64,000 bases of DNA from an uncultured delta proteobacterium (GCA_963803435.1 CAWDML010000001.1:1312001-1376000); one strand, 5' to 3'. Counted from the stretch's first letter, positions 21,526 through 34,751 are shown. The notes: generated from the sequence alone by a model not told the origin. Numbers and translations: made by a program.

Positions 21526-22242
21526 TCACTCCAGGATCATGTCGACCGGGACGCCCTCCTCGTCGAGGGCGCGGACCTTGATCGGGAGCCCGTCAGCCTG
21601 CACCCACAGCCCGGTGGGAAGGCGGCCGGCGGAGAGCTTGGCCTCGACGCGGGCGATGCCGTCGATCCGATCGCGCAGCGTGTAGCTCTGGAGCGTAACC
21701 ACCGGGCTGAGCATCGGGAGCGAGAGCGCGATGGTGCGCACTTCGACCGGCTTGCCCGGCTCGAGCGTGGGGAGCAGCAGGCTCATCGCCAGCGTGTGGA
21801 ACAGCGGCGTGCCGAAGCCGAAGGTGGTGCCGGGGGCGTACGGGACGATCCGCTCCTCCTTGCCGCCGATCCCGCGGACGTGAACCTCGAAGTTGCCCTG
21901 CTTCTCCCAACCGCGCGCGGTGCGTCGCTGGCCGAGAACCTCGATCCAGGCCTCGAACGCCACCGGCTCGGTGGTGCGCTCGTCGATCGCGAGGAGATAG
22001 CCCTGCCGGTGGCCCTCGGGACCGTCGAACACCGTCTCTCCCCGGACCGTCCATACGGACGCCGAGGAGGTGATCGTGAAGTGCTCGTAGCCGATGGGCG
22101 CGCCGGCGCGCTCGATCCGGTAGCGGCCCGAGCGCGGTGCGACCAGCGCGGGCCGGGCGGCCGAAGGCGCGCGCAGTGAATGAGCCGCGCCGTGGGCGTA
22201 GCAGCCCGCGATCGCGCAGAACAGAGCGCTGGCCTTGCGCAT
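21526..22242 (-). CDS. Hypothetical exported protein (probable beta-rich lipoprotein)
   Basis: MRKASALFCAIAGC lipobox; GYEHFTI and LWVQADG segments; TAGAAT 7 nt upstream. Confidence 0.7.
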   Translation of the reverse strand: MRKASALFCAIAGCYAHGAAHSLRAPSAARPALVAPRSGRYRIERAGAPIGYEHFTITSSASVWTVRGETVFDGPEGHRQGYLLAIDERTTEPVAFEAWIEVLGQRRTARGWEKQGNFEVHVRGIGGKEERIVPYAPGTTFGFGTPLFHTLAMSLLLPTLEPGKPVEVRTIALSLPMLSPVVTLQSYTLRDRIDGIARVEAKLSAGRLPTGLWVQADGLPIKVRALDEEGVPVDMILE

Positions 22243-22310
22243 TTTCCCGATTCTACCGCGGTTTTCCTCGTTGCCGGTGCCTTCGAGGCTCTGGTAGCGT
22301 CCGCGCGCCG

Positions 22311-22841
22311 ATGGACTCCTTCACCTCACTCTTCGAAGTGATCCGGCTGTCCGATCAGGTCTTCTTCCTCTTCGCCACGATGGCCGTGGTGGGCGCGGCC
22401 GGGACGGCCCTCTCGAAGAACCTGGTGTACTCCGCCTTCGCCCTCCTCGCCTCACTCTTCGGTGCGGCCGCGCTGTTTGCGTGGCTGTCTGCGGACTACC
22501 TGGCGATCACCCAGCTCATCGTCTACGTCGGCGGCATCCTGGTGCTGTTCCTCTTCGCGGTGATGCTCACCAACAAGATCACCGAGGTCCGGGGCTCGAA
22601 CCCGGTCGTCGGCGAGAAGCCGGCGGCCGTGGTCTCGCTGGGCCTGTTCGCGCTGCTCGCCTACGTGGCGGTGGAGACGCCCTGGCCCGAGCTCGCGTCT
22701 CCGGCCCGCCACGAGACGACCGCCACGATCGGCGACGCCCTGCTCTCCACCTATCTGCTGCCGTTCGAGGCGCTGTCGGTGGTGATCCTGGCGACCATGG
22801 TCGGCGCCGTCATCATGGCCCGGAAGGAGATCAAGGACTGA
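22311..22841 (+). CDS. nuoJ: NADH-quinone oxidoreductase subunit J
   Basis: Motifs NLVYSAF, QLIVYVGGILVLFLFAVML and YLLPFE. Confidence 0.95.
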   Translation: MDSFTSLFEVIRLSDQVFFLFATMAVVGAAGTALSKNLVYSAFALLASLFGAAALFAWLSADYLAITQLIVYVGGILVLFLFAVMLTNKITEVRGSNPVVGEKPAAVVSLGLFALLAYVAVETPWPELASPARHETTATIGDALLSTYLLPFEALSVVILATMVGAVIMARKEIKD

Positions 22842-23167
22842 TGCCTCAGCTCGAGCTGCTCCACGTCGGCCTCAAGCACTTCCTCTTCATCGCGGCGGCG
22901 CTCTTCGCGCTGGGCACCTACACCGTGCTCACGCGCCGGAACGCGGTCGGAGTCCTGATGGGGGTCGAGCTGATCCTCAACAGCGCCAACCTCAACCTGG
23001 TGGCCTTCGCCCATTACACCACCGGCGGAATCGACGGACAGGTGTTCGCCCTGCTGGTCATCGTGGTGGCCGCGGCCGAGGCCGCCATCGCGCTCGCGAT
23101 CGTGCTGTCGATCTACCAGAACTTCTCCACGATCGACGCGACCAAAGCCGACATCATGAAAGGCTGA
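22841..23167 (+). CDS. nuoK: NADH-quinone oxidoreductase subunit K
   Basis: Motifs RRNAVGVLMGVELILNSANLN and GQVF...AAAEAAIALA; TGATG coupling to nuoJ. Confidence 0.96.
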   Translation: MPQLELLHVGLKHFLFIAAALFALGTYTVLTRRNAVGVLMGVELILNSANLNLVAFAHYTTGGIDGQVFALLVIVVAAAEAAIALAIVLSIYQNFSTIDATKADIMKG

Positions 23168-23176
23168 CGCGCCCGG

Positions 23177-23665
23177 ATGGGCCTCTCTCTCTTCTTGATC
23201 CGACACGAGGACGCTGAACAGGGGCCCCAACTCCCCGACGCCCACCGCGGCCTCACCGCGGCCGGACGGCATCGCATGCGCGCGACCGCGGCGCTCTTCG
23301 CGCAGCACGACGGCGTCGACGTCATCTTCACCAGCCCGCTCGTCCGCGCCGTGCAGACGACGGAGATCCTGGCGGCGGGCCTCGCGCACGACGCGCCGAT
23401 CCACGCGCGGAACGTGATCGCGGAGCCGCACTCGGTCGAGGCGTTCCTCTCGGTGCTCGACGAGCTGACGGCGAGCGAGCGGCGCGTCGCGATCGTCGGC
23501 CACGAGCCCACGCTGAGCTCGATCGCGTCGCACGTCCTGGGGACGCGGTTCCGCTCGTTCTCGAAGGGGATGGTGCTGGCGCTCGACTATGACGCCGACT
23601 CGGGACGCGCCACTTTTCGATACATGATTGACGGCTCCGGACCGACCTACCTCACCGCCCCGTGA
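23177..23665 (+). CDS. sixA: Phosphohistidine phosphatase SixA
   Basis: Motifs LIRH, RGLT..G, TSPLVRAVQT and VGHEP. Confidence 0.88.
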   Translation: MGLSLFLIRHEDAEQGPQLPDAHRGLTAAGRHRMRATAALFAQHDGVDVIFTSPLVRAVQTTEILAAGLAHDAPIHARNVIAEPHSVEAFLSVLDELTASERRVAIVGHEPTLSSIASHVLGTRFRSFSKGMVLALDYDADSGRATFRYMIDGSGPTYLTAP

Positions 23666-26229
23666 CCTTCTCGCTCCGCGAGCGGATCGTCACGCACCGC
23701 CGATCCTCCTCCAGCGCGCTGGCCAGCGGCCGCGTCAGCAGCTCGGGCAGGTCGTTCTTCGTCAGCTTCGCCGCCATCCGGGTCGCGCTCTTCTCCGAGC
23801 AGGTGGAGGGTAGGAGCCCCATGTAGCGGCTGAGGAACTCGCTGTCCTTGGTCTTCACCAGCGCATCGAGCGCGTCGAAGTACGAGTCGCCGAGCACCTG
23901 CTCGTGGAGCGCGTCCTGGCCGAAGGGGAAGAGATTGTCGATGACGACGATGGCGTCGGCCATCGGAAGCGCCGGCAATTTCGCCAGCAAGCGGCGCTTC
24001 GAGGCCAGCGTGGGCGCGGACGCCTCCACCGCCAGCTGCCCGCGACGGCCGGTGTCGGAGGGATTGCGCTTGCGCTCGCGCGCGACCAAGGCGGTGACCG
24101 GCGCTCCCAGGGCCGACGCGCGCGCCAGGACCGCCCAGCGGCGATCTCTGATCCAGCGTCACGCCGGCGATCTGCACCCTTCCCTCGACCAGCCTCGCCA
24201 GCTCGAGCCCGACCTTCCGCTCCGAGGCGGTGGCCACCCAGGCGTCGAACCACGCCAGCTGGATCTCGGAGCCCGCCGGCGCCGCGATGGTCCGGGCGCG
24301 CAGGAACGCGGAGAGGTCCGGGAGGTCCGACTCGAGCGACAGATACGCGACCAGCGCGCCGGTGTCGTCGCTTCCGCCGTCGATCGTCCCCAGGACCGCG
24401 CGGAGGACGACCAGCTCGGTCTCGAGAGGAAGATGGGCCTTCACGAGCGTCAGGTAGTCGGCGGGGGCAAGACGGGCGTCGCGGACCATCTCGTAGAGGG
24501 CCTGCCAGATCAGCGCGCGCACCATGGGCTCGCGGAGACGGGAGAGGTTTCGCCTCACCGAGGCCAGGGTGCGGTCGTCCAGGATCAGCTTGGCGTAGTC
24601 GCGATCGGCGTAGTTCACGAGCACGATCTGGGGACAAGGCTTGCCGGCGGCCGCGTCGATCCGCGTGCGCGCGCCCGAGTAGGTGGCATCGATGACGTCG
24701 GGATGATCGAGGTCCTCGAACAGCGCGATCCGGGTCCGGTGGGTCCGCAAGGTGGGGAAGCGGTCGGGGGCCGACTGGACCAGATCGAGGGACTCGACGC
24801 GATCATCCTTGCAGGCGAGCTCGGGGCGGACCGCGTTCAGCCCGGGCGTGTCGAGCCACTCGTCGGTCCATCGCTCGAGCGGGACACCGGCGGTCTCCTC
24901 GAGCGCCTCCACGAAGTCGCGCCGGTCCGCGTTGGCGAAAGCGTGCCGGGAGAAGTAGCGGCGGACGGCCTCCCGGAACTTCTCCTCAGAGACCGCGAAC
25001 GCGATCTGCGACAGCGCCGAGGCGCCCTTGCCGTACGTGATTCCGTCGAAGTTCCCGAACGCGTCCTCGGTGTTCTTCACGTCGGCCTCGATCGGGTGCG
25101 TGGTGGCGAGCTGGTCCTCGCGGTAGGCCCAGGCCTTGGACTCGGCGTCGAAGTCGAGCCACGCGCGCTCGGAGTGGAGGGCCTCGTCCATCGCGATCGC
25201 CGACAGATAAGTGGCGAAGCTCTCGTTGAGCCAGAGGTCGTCCCACCAGCGCATCGTCACCAGATCGCCGAACCACATGTGGGCCATCTCGTGCAAGATC
25301 ACGCGGGCCCGGCCCTCGAGATCGTCGGCGGTGGGCGTGCGGCGGAAGATGAAGTCCTCGGAGAACGTCACCGCGCCCACGTTCTCCATCGCCTCGTAGT
25401 TCATCGCGGGCGGGACCACCTGATCGTACTTCCCGAACGGGTAGGGGACGCCGAACAGCTCGCCGTAGAAAGCCAGGCCGCGGCGCGTGACGTCGAACCA
25501 GGCGTCGGCGTCGACATAGCGGGCGAGCGCGCGCCGCGCAAAGAGTCGGAGCGGGATGTCGCCGGCCTGGGCCTCCCAGACCTGGTAGTCGCCGGCGTGG
25601 AGCGAGAACAGATAGGTGCTGAAGCGCTCCGTCTCCTCGAAGATCCAGCGGCGGCGATCGCCCGCGTCCAGGATCTCGTGCTCGCGGGCCGCGGTGATCA
25701 CGCTCCAGGCGGCCGGGGCCTCCACCGTGATCCGGTAGGTGGCCTTGAGATCGGGCTGATCGAAGCACGGGAACAGAGTGTTCGCGAGGTAGGGCTCGAA
25801 GTCGGTGAAGAGGTAGATCCGGCCGTCCTCCGGATCGCGCCAGCGCGTCAGGCCGGCGCCGTCGGACGAGTACGGGTGGCGGAAGTCGATCGAGAGCACG
25901 TTCTCGCCCGCCTGGAGGCGATCCGCGGCGATCGGGAGGTAGCGGCCTCCGTAGCTCGGCTCGACCGTCTCGCCGTTGGCGATCAGACCGACCACCGTGC
26001 CGCCGTCGAAGTCGACCGTGATCGGCGCGGGGCGAACCATCGTGAAGTGGATGACCGAAGTGCCGATGAGCTCGGGGGCAGTGGCGTCGATCGAGAGGCC
26101 GAGCTCGTAGCGGACGTTCGCGATGACGTCGGCGCGGTGCAGCGCGTGTCGCACGCCCAACCCCCGCGCCTCCGTGCGCACCTCAGGGCCCGTGTGCGAC
26201 AGAGCCAGGAGCGCGAGCACCGGGAGCAT
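23652..26229 (-). CDS. pepN: Aminopeptidase N (M1 family) with signal peptide; frameshift near 24147
   Basis: FPCFDQPDLKA, EAMEN, HEMAHMWFGD...WLNESFA and ITYGKG. Deleting one base near 24147 gives LDQDRRWAVL and continues into ORF 23652..24089. Confidence 0.93.
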
Positions 26230-26241
26230 GGCGCGAGCCTA

Positions 26242-28411
26242 TCAATGATAGGTGATCGGATCGCAGCCTTTTCCGCAGAGGTGGCGGACCGCCGCGGGCA
26301 GCGCGCCCACCGCCGTGAAGCCGACCTCGAGGCCATCGCGCTTCACCGAGAAGACACGCCCGACCGGACACGGCTCGCCCTCGATCCCCTCCCAGGCGTC
26401 GAGCCAGCGCCCGGGCCGGCTCCGGATCGTCCTCGTTCTCCTGCGCGCGGATCATGAGCTCGACGGTCTCGCGGTCGAACTCTTGATCGTCGATCCGCTC
26501 GGCCAGGAGATCGCGGAGCGAAGGTCCCGACCAGTGCTGGGCGATCCGCAGGGTGAGCAGGGCCCGCCGCCGGGCCGCCTGGAGCGTCTCGTCGACCGGT
26601 CCAGTGCGATCCCAGGGCGCGGGCACGCAGTACGGGCCCCCGACCTCGGCCAGCACCAGCGACTCCTGGAGGTCGAGCGCGGTCCGTTCGTCCGGGGCCG
26701 TGCAGAAGAGCCGGGCCCCTTCGGCGCCGTCGACCTGTGAAGCCTCGAGCGGGCACGCCAGCTCGGTGCGATCGCTCGGCGCCGCGAAGACCCGAGCGAA
26801 GCGTCCCATCGCGATGGCGGCCACCCCGCCGGCCACGCAGCCGCCGTAGAGCGCGAGCCACGGGACGGTACGCCACCAGCGCGTCCGGACGTGCGCCAGC
26901 CGCTGCTCGAGCTGGCGGACGATCGCGAGCTTCTGCGCGAAGGGTGCGGGCCGGTCGCCGCGGAGGCGGGCCCAGATCCAGCGGACCGGATCGGCGGGCC
27001 GCTCGACGGCCTCCTCGGCGCGAAACTCGGCCTCCATCCGCGAGGTGCGGAACCCGAGCGGAATGGTCATCGCGACCAGGAGCGCGATGATCACGACCAC
27101 CGGCTCACGGGAGAAGACGCCCAGCGCGGCGAAGCTGGCCACCGCCAGCACCTTGAAGGCTGCGTCCAGCCAAGGACGACCGGCGAAGAGGAGCGCATGC
27201 ACGATGCGCCCGCCGTCGAGCGGGAAGATGGGGAGCAGGTTGAACAGGTTCACCGAGACCAACATCAGGATCACCGAGCGTCCGATCTGGGAGCTCGGAA
27301 CCGAGGAGAACGGGAGGGCAAGGAGAGCGCCCAGGAGCAGGCCGGGCATCGGTCCGGCCAGCAGGATGATCATCTCCTCGGGGAGCGACGGCCGATCCTT
27401 GCGGCCGGTGGCGGCGGCTCCCAAGAAGGGGATGAAGAAGATGGTGGTGTCGCGATAGTCGAACAACCGCATCGCCAGGTAGTGACCGAGCTCGTGAAAG
27501 AAGATCACGGCGACCAGGACGAGCAGTCCGGTGGCGTCGAACAGGTGGAGCATCGAGAGCGCGAACAGCGCGGCGGTGCCGCCGAAGATCACCACCATGG
27601 TCTGGCGCCGGTTGGGAGTGCGCCGGACGTCCTCGTGACGCCGGTACGCCCTCACCTCCTCGGAGAGCGGCGGCTCGGGATACAGCCCGGGGTGCTCGGC
27701 GGCGTGGGCGCGGCGCGCGGCGGCCATCTTCGAGAGCTGCTTCCTCGCCGACATGATTTTTCGCGTGCCGATGAGCGCGCCCTTGGCGGTGAGCTCGAGC
27801 GTGCCCGGCTCCCGGCCGGCCCGGGCCAACCCCAGCGTCCGCAGGCTCTCCAGATAGCGGTGATCTCGAAGCTCGCCGGCGACCAGCCGCGCGTCGGGCG
27901 TCATCGGTCGCCCGCGCGCCCCCTGCAGGCGCGCCAGATGCGCGCGCGCGGCCTCCTCGAGCGTGGGCGCGTACGGATCGAAGAGCTCGACACCGGGATA
28001 GTCGCCGACCATCGCGTAGGTCAGGCCGTTCAGCGTCAACAGCGGCACCTCGCACTCGGTCGAGAGTGTGAGGCTTGCGCTCCAGCGATCCGGGCTCTCG
28101 CCGGCGCCCACGGTGGCGAAGGTGGCGGTCTCGGCGTGGTAGAGCTCGAGCACGTCCACCTGATCGTCGCGTGTCCGCAGCGCCCGTCGCACCCGGGTGA
28201 AGCCAAGCTCCTCGAACCCGAGGGGCGCGAGGCGGGCGGCCACCGTGCGGAGGAACTGCGCCAGCTCGGGGTCGACGTCGAGCGTGTCGACCCGCCGGTA
28301 CGCCGTCGACTGCAGCGTCACCCGGAGCAGCGCCAGGAACGCCATCAGGAGCGGGAGCACGCGCAGGAGGGCCCAGACACCCAGGATCCAGACGAAGATC
28401 GTCCAGCTCAC
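26242..28411 (-). CDS. Site-2 protease (M50) family membrane metalloprotease; frameshift near 26388
   Basis: GTG overlaps the tgt stop. Motifs HELGH, LAGP and NLLPIFPLDGG. Removing one G gives a C-terminus ...CGKGCDPITYH* ending at 26242 and removes the overlap with pepN. Confidence 0.88.
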
Positions 28412-29517
28412 GCCCGGCCTCGCAGCTCCTCGACCAGGGCCCTCATCCGTCCCTCCGCGATCGCGGAGCGGATCTGCTCCATCAGGCGCTGAAAGAACCA
28501 GAGGTTGTGCATCGTGGTCAGCCGGTGGACGAGGATCTCGTTGGTCATCCAGAGGTGGCGCACATAACCGCGCGAGAAGGTCCTGCAGGTGGGGCAGTCG
28601 CAGCGTTCGTCGATCGGCCGGGCGTCCTCGCGGTGGGAGGCGTGCTTGACCACGAAGACACCGTCGGAGGTGAAGAGGCGCCCGTTGCGGGCGTTGCGGG
28701 TCGGGATCACGCAGTCGAACATGTCCACGCCGGCGGCGACGCCCTCGATCAGGTCCTCTGGCAACCCGACGCCCATCAGATACCGGGGCCTCTCCCGCGG
28801 CAGGCGAGCGGCGGTGAAGCGGGTGATTCGGAGCATGTCCTCCTTCGACTCGCCGATGGCGACGCCGCCGATCGCGTAGCCGTCGAGATCGCGCGCTTCG
28901 ATCTCCGACGCGTGCTCGGCGCGGAGCTCCTCGTGCAAGCCGCCTTGCACGATCCCGAAGAGTGAGGTCAGGTCCGGCTGCCGGCGCGCGGCCAGACAGC
29001 GGTCGAGCCAGCGCGTGGTACGTTTCATCGAGTCGACGACGTACTCGCGCGTGGCGTCGGCCGGCGGACACTCGTCGAACGCCATCGCGATGTCGGTGCC
29101 GAGCGCCTCCTGGACCTCGATCGCGCGCTCGGGCGTGAGCTGCTCGCGCGCGCCGTCGTACGGGCTCTGGAAGGTCACGCCGGACTCGTCGATCGTCCGT
29201 CGCTCGCTCAGAGAGAAGACCTGGAAGCCGCCGCTGTCGGTGAGGATCGAGTGGGGCCAGCCGGCAAAGCGATGCAGCCCGCCCAGCTTCTTCACCACCT
29301 CGTGACCCGGGCGCAGCATCAGGTGGTACGTGTTGCCGAGGATGATCCGGGAGCCGCTCGCGTCCACCTCCTCGGGGAGCATCGCCTTCACCGAGCCGCC
29401 CGTGCCGACCGGCATGAACACCGGAGTATCGACCGTCCCGTGCGGCGTGATCAGGCGTCCCAGGCGCGCGCCGGTCTCGGTGTCCTCCTTGAGGAGCTCG
29501 AAGCGGACGGTTCTCAT
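28408..29517 (-). CDS. tgt: tRNA-guanine transglycosylase
   Basis: Motifs TPVFMPVGT, NTYHL, TDSGGFQ, GIVQGG, PRYLMGVG, DCVIPTR and the CDCPTC...H zinc site. Confidence 0.98.
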   Translation of the reverse strand: MRTVRFELLKEDTETGARLGRLITPHGTVDTPVFMPVGTGGSVKAMLPEEVDASGSRIILGNTYHLMLRPGHEVVKKLGGLHRFAGWPHSILTDSGGFQVFSLSERRTIDESGVTFQSPYDGAREQLTPERAIEVQEALGTDIAMAFDECPPADATREYVVDSMKRTTRWLDRCLAARRQPDLTSLFGIVQGGLHEELRAEHASEIEARDLDGYAIGGVAIGESKEDMLRITRFTAARLPRERPRYLMGVGLPEDLIEGVAAGVDMFDCVIPTRNARNGRLFTSDGVFVVKHASHREDARPIDERCDCPTCRTFSRGYVRHLWMTNEILVHRLTTMHNLWFFQRLMEQIRSAIAEGRMRALVEELRGRA

Positions 29518-30536
29518 CAGAGGATCAACATCGCGTCGCCGTAGGAGAAGAAGCGATAGCCCTCCTTCACCGCCTCCCGGTAGGCCCGCATCGTGAAATC
29601 GTAACCCGCAAACGCCGCCACCAGCATCAGCAGAGTGGACTTGGGGAGGTGGAAGTTGGTCAGCAGGACGTCGGCGTTCTGGAACCGATGGCCGGGACGG
29701 ATGAACAGATCGGTAGCGCCGGCACACGCCCGCACCGGGGTGCCGATCGTCTCGAGCACCCGGGTGACCGTGGTGCCCACCGCGACGATCCGGCCTCCGG
29801 CGGCCCGGGTCCGCGCGATCGTGTCGGCGGCCACTGCGTCGAGCTCGTAGCGCTCGGCGTGCATGACGTGGTCCTCAATCCGTTCGGCCCGCACCGGAAG
29901 GAAGGTCCCCGGCCCCACGTGAAGCGTGAGGCGGGTCCACTCGATCCCGCGACGCGCCAGCGCGCTCATCACCTCCCGCGTGAAGTGCAGGCCCGCGGTC
30001 GGTGCCGCCACCGAGCGCTCGGCACCGGCCCGCGCAAAGATCGTCTGATAGCGCTCGGCGTCGGCGGCATCGGGGGACCGTCCCAGATAAGGAGGCAGCG
30101 GGACCTCGCCGAAGCGCGCGGCCACGCCCTCGTCCGGCAGCGCGAGCACACAGAAGCCCTCGTCGAGCCGCGCCCGCACGGTGATCTCGACCTCGCGGGC
30201 CGCCGAGAGCACGAGCACCTGACCGGGCTTCAGCGGCTTCGAGGTGTTCACCATCGCCCGCCACCCGCCGCTCGCTTCGGGCTCCACCAGGAGGATCTCG
30301 ACCTTTCCTCCGGTCTGCTTCTTCTCCGCCTGGAGGCGTGCGTGCAGGACCTTCGTGTCGTTGACCACCACCAGATCGCGGGGCCGGAGCAGCCGGGGCA
30401 GATCGACGAAGCCTGCGTGCTCGAGGACCTCACCGTCCCGGCGGAGCACCAGGAGGCGCGAGGCGTCCCGGCGGTCGGCCGGACGGCGCGCAATCGCTGC
30501 CTCCGGCAGCTCGTAGTCGAAGTCTTCGAGGCGCAC
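29517..30536 (-). CDS. queA: S-adenosylmethionine:tRNA ribosyltransferase-isomerase
   Basis: Motifs FDYELP, NDTKV, PLPPY, AAPTAGLHF, TNFHLPKSTL and YRFFSYGDAM. Confidence 0.98.
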   Translation of the reverse strand: MRLEDFDYELPEAAIARRPADRRDASRLLVLRRDGEVLEHAGFVDLPRLLRPRDLVVVNDTKVLHARLQAEKKQTGGKVEILLVEPEASGGWRAMVNTSKPLKPGQVLVLSAAREVEITVRARLDEGFCVLALPDEGVAARFGEVPLPPYLGRSPDAADAERYQTIFARAGAERSVAAPTAGLHFTREVMSALARRGIEWTRLTLHVGPGTFLPVRAERIEDHVMHAERYELDAVAADTIARTRAAGGRIVAVGTTVTRVLETIGTPVRACAGATDLFIRPGHRFQNADVLLTNFHLPKSTLLMLVAAFAGYDFTMRAYREAVKEGYRFFSYGDAMLIL

Positions 30537-30638
30537 GGCGAAGCCGAGGCACCGTAGTGAGGCGAAGCGCGTTTCGCAACTGCTCGATCCGCCGTTTGGC
30601 GGAGGCCCCAGGCCCCCATTCGTCATACCTTCGATCAG

Positions 30639-31639
30639 GTGATCCCGCTGCTCGACCGGCCGCACGCCGAAGCCCGCGCCCTCCTCGCGACCGGCGCGCC
30701 GGCGTTTCTCTTCGTAAACCCGGTCGAGTTTCACGGTCCCCACCTCCCGCTCCACACCGACGCGCTGATCAGCCGGGGCCTGGCGCGTGACCTGTTCGCG
30801 CGCCTCCTGGAGCACCGTCCCGACTGGCCGTTCGTCGGCACCTCCGATCTCGAGGTGGGCGTCGAGCCCGTGCCGGGTCCGGGGAGCCGCCCGGTCCCCT
30901 ACTCGGAGGTGCGGGCGCGTGTGGTCCTGGCCTGCCGTGCGCTCGCGGATCTGGGCGCGCAGCGCGTCGTGCTCATGACCTTCCACGGCAACCCGCTGCA
31001 CAGCATCGCGATGGACGCCGGCGTCCGGTATCTCGCCAAGCGGGGCGTGCGGGCGCTATCGCCCTTCAACCTGCTGATGCGGAAGATGCTCGAGGTGGAG
31101 CGCGAGGAGCTCCTGACGCACAAGGCTGCGCTCGCGGATCACGTCGGCGACCCGTCGGTGCTGGAGGATCTTCGATCACGCTGCCGCAGGACTTCCACGC
31201 GGGATTCTCGGAGACCTCGCTGATGCTCCACTACGCGCCCGATTCGGTGTCGAACGACTACGTGCGCTTGCCGCCGTGCCCTCCGCTCGTCCCGAACCCG
31301 GCGCTGGCCGCGGCGGCGCGCACCCTCCGATCGCTGGGCCGCCGGGATCTCGCGCGCGAGCTGGACTTCGCGGCCGTCGGTCTCGGTTGGTTCGCGCTGC
31401 GCCCCTTCCCTGGATACACGGGGCGCCCTCACCTCGCGCGGTCCAAGATCGGGGCGCACCTGGCGGCGCGGTTCGTCGAGGAGTGGGCGGAGCCGATGCG
31501 CCGCGTGCTGCTCGAGGGCGCGCCCTGGCCCCGGCCGATCATGCGCTGGACGGCCTGGCTCTCGCTGGGCGGGCGCATCGGCAGCACCGTCATCGCGCAC
31601 GACGCGATCACCACGGCGCTCCCCGAGCTGGCCAGCTGA
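30639..31639 (+). CDS. Creatininase-family amidohydrolase; frameshift near 31173
   Basis: PVEFHGPHLP..TD and FHGN; after restoring one base, ITLPQDFHAGFSETSLML. Confidence 0.87.
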
Positions 31640-31646
31640 CACCTCC

Positions 31647-32756
31647 TCAGTAGATTCGCTTCAAACGAACACCGCGGTAGTAATAGGCGAGGATGGTCCG
31701 GTAGGTCTTGCCGGCCTCGGCCATCCCCTTCGCGCCCCACTGGCACATCCCGACGCCGTGGCCGAAGCCCCTGCCCTCGATGTGGATCGTGTTGCCCTTG
31801 GTGACCGCGGTGAAACGCGAAGAGTAGAGATCGGTGAACCCGACCGCCTCCCTCACCTTCGACGGCGACAGCTGCTGCGTCTTCTTGTCCACCTGGAGCT
31901 TGACCGCGCTGGTCTCCTCGGGCCGGGAGAACCGCTCGATCTTGCCCTTGGTGAGGTGGGCCTGGCGCAGGCGCTTCGACATCTCGTCGAGGGTCATGGT
32001 CTTGGTCCATCGATGCAGCGAGGAGCCGCGGCACCACTTGCACGCCTTCGGCGCCAGGTACGGGACCTCGCGACCGAACGCCGCCTTCGCAGAGACCGTC
32101 CGACCGCCGCACGTGGAGTGAAAGAGCGCCTGCACCAGATCGTGATCGAACGAGAGCACCTCGCCGCGCGTCTCCTTCACCGCCTCGATCACTCCCGGCC
32201 GGATCCGATCGGCGCCCTTGTACACCTGCGAGAGGACCGTCGAAGACAGATCGTAGGGACGTCCGGTCGCGCGCATCATCATCCGGCGCTGCATCGCGTA
32301 CGTGCGTGCCGCGACCGCCTGCGCCTTGAGGGCCTCGAGCGGCCAGGTCGGGTTCATCTCGCTTCCGACGATGCCGAGGAGGTAGGTCTCGAGGAGCAGC
32401 CGGTTGACCACCAGGATCGCGCCGTCCTGGATCAAGATCTGGATCCGGCCGAAGTAGATCCCACCGTCGACCTTCACGGCATCGACGGCCTCGGCGATCA
32501 GCGTCTTCGCCCGCGCGACCTCGCGCTCGCCCGCGCGCACCGACAGCACGCCGCCGTCGAGCCGGACCTCGGCGCTCCCGATGCCACCCCAGGCGTAGAG
32601 ACGGTCTCCGGACTCGCCGTCGAACAGCGCCAGGTGATCACCCCCGACCGTCACCGGCTGCGCGCCGGATCCGATCGCGATCCGGACCTCCTCCTCGGCG
32701 GAGGCCGCGCGCGCGAGCAGCAACGACAGGCACGCGACGGCGAGCGCTCGCGCCAT
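31647..32756 (-). CDS. SpoIID/LytB lytic transglycosylase domain protein
   Basis: Motifs EM...WPLEALKAQAVAARTY, QVYKG, FHSTCGG and GFGHGVGMCQWGA. Confidence 0.95.
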   Translation of the reverse strand: MARALAVACLSLLLARAASAEEEVRIAIGSGAQPVTVGGDHLALFDGESGDRLYAWGGIGSAEVRLDGGVLSVRAGEREVARAKTLIAEAVDAVKVDGGIYFGRIQILIQDGAILVVNRLLLETYLLGIVGSEMNPTWPLEALKAQAVAARTYAMQRRMMMRATGRPYDLSSTVLSQVYKGADRIRPGVIEAVKETRGEVLSFDHDLVQALFHSTCGGRTVSAKAAFGREVPYLAPKACKWCRGSSLHRWTKTMTLDEMSKRLRQAHLTKGKIERFSRPEETSAVKLQVDKKTQQLSPSKVREAVGFTDLYSSRFTAVTKGNTIHIEGRGFGHGVGMCQWGAKGMAEAGKTYRTILAYYYRGVRLKRIY

Positions 32757-32839
32757 TCTGAAGGCCAACATCCTACAATCGCCGGCCTTCGGCAAAAAAG
32801 CATCGCAATGCTGCGGGCCCGCTATACCATTCCGCCGCT

Positions 32840-34723
<1,884 letters not shown>

Positions 34724-34751
34724 GTCCGTCAGGACTGCAGGCTGCGAATTG

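Noticed and set aside
23848-26457. Long antisense ORFs (869 aa here; also 10661-12058, 19761-21053, 52238-53974, 54188-55558 and others)
   Set aside because: They are shadow frames of recognisable genes caused by high GC3, with no motifs and skewed composition.
30540-30625. Hairpins upstream of queA (GCGAA..TTCGC, TCCGCC..GGCGGA) as a preQ1 riboswitch
   Set aside because: There is no preQ1 consensus or A-rich tail; short GC stems are expected by chance.
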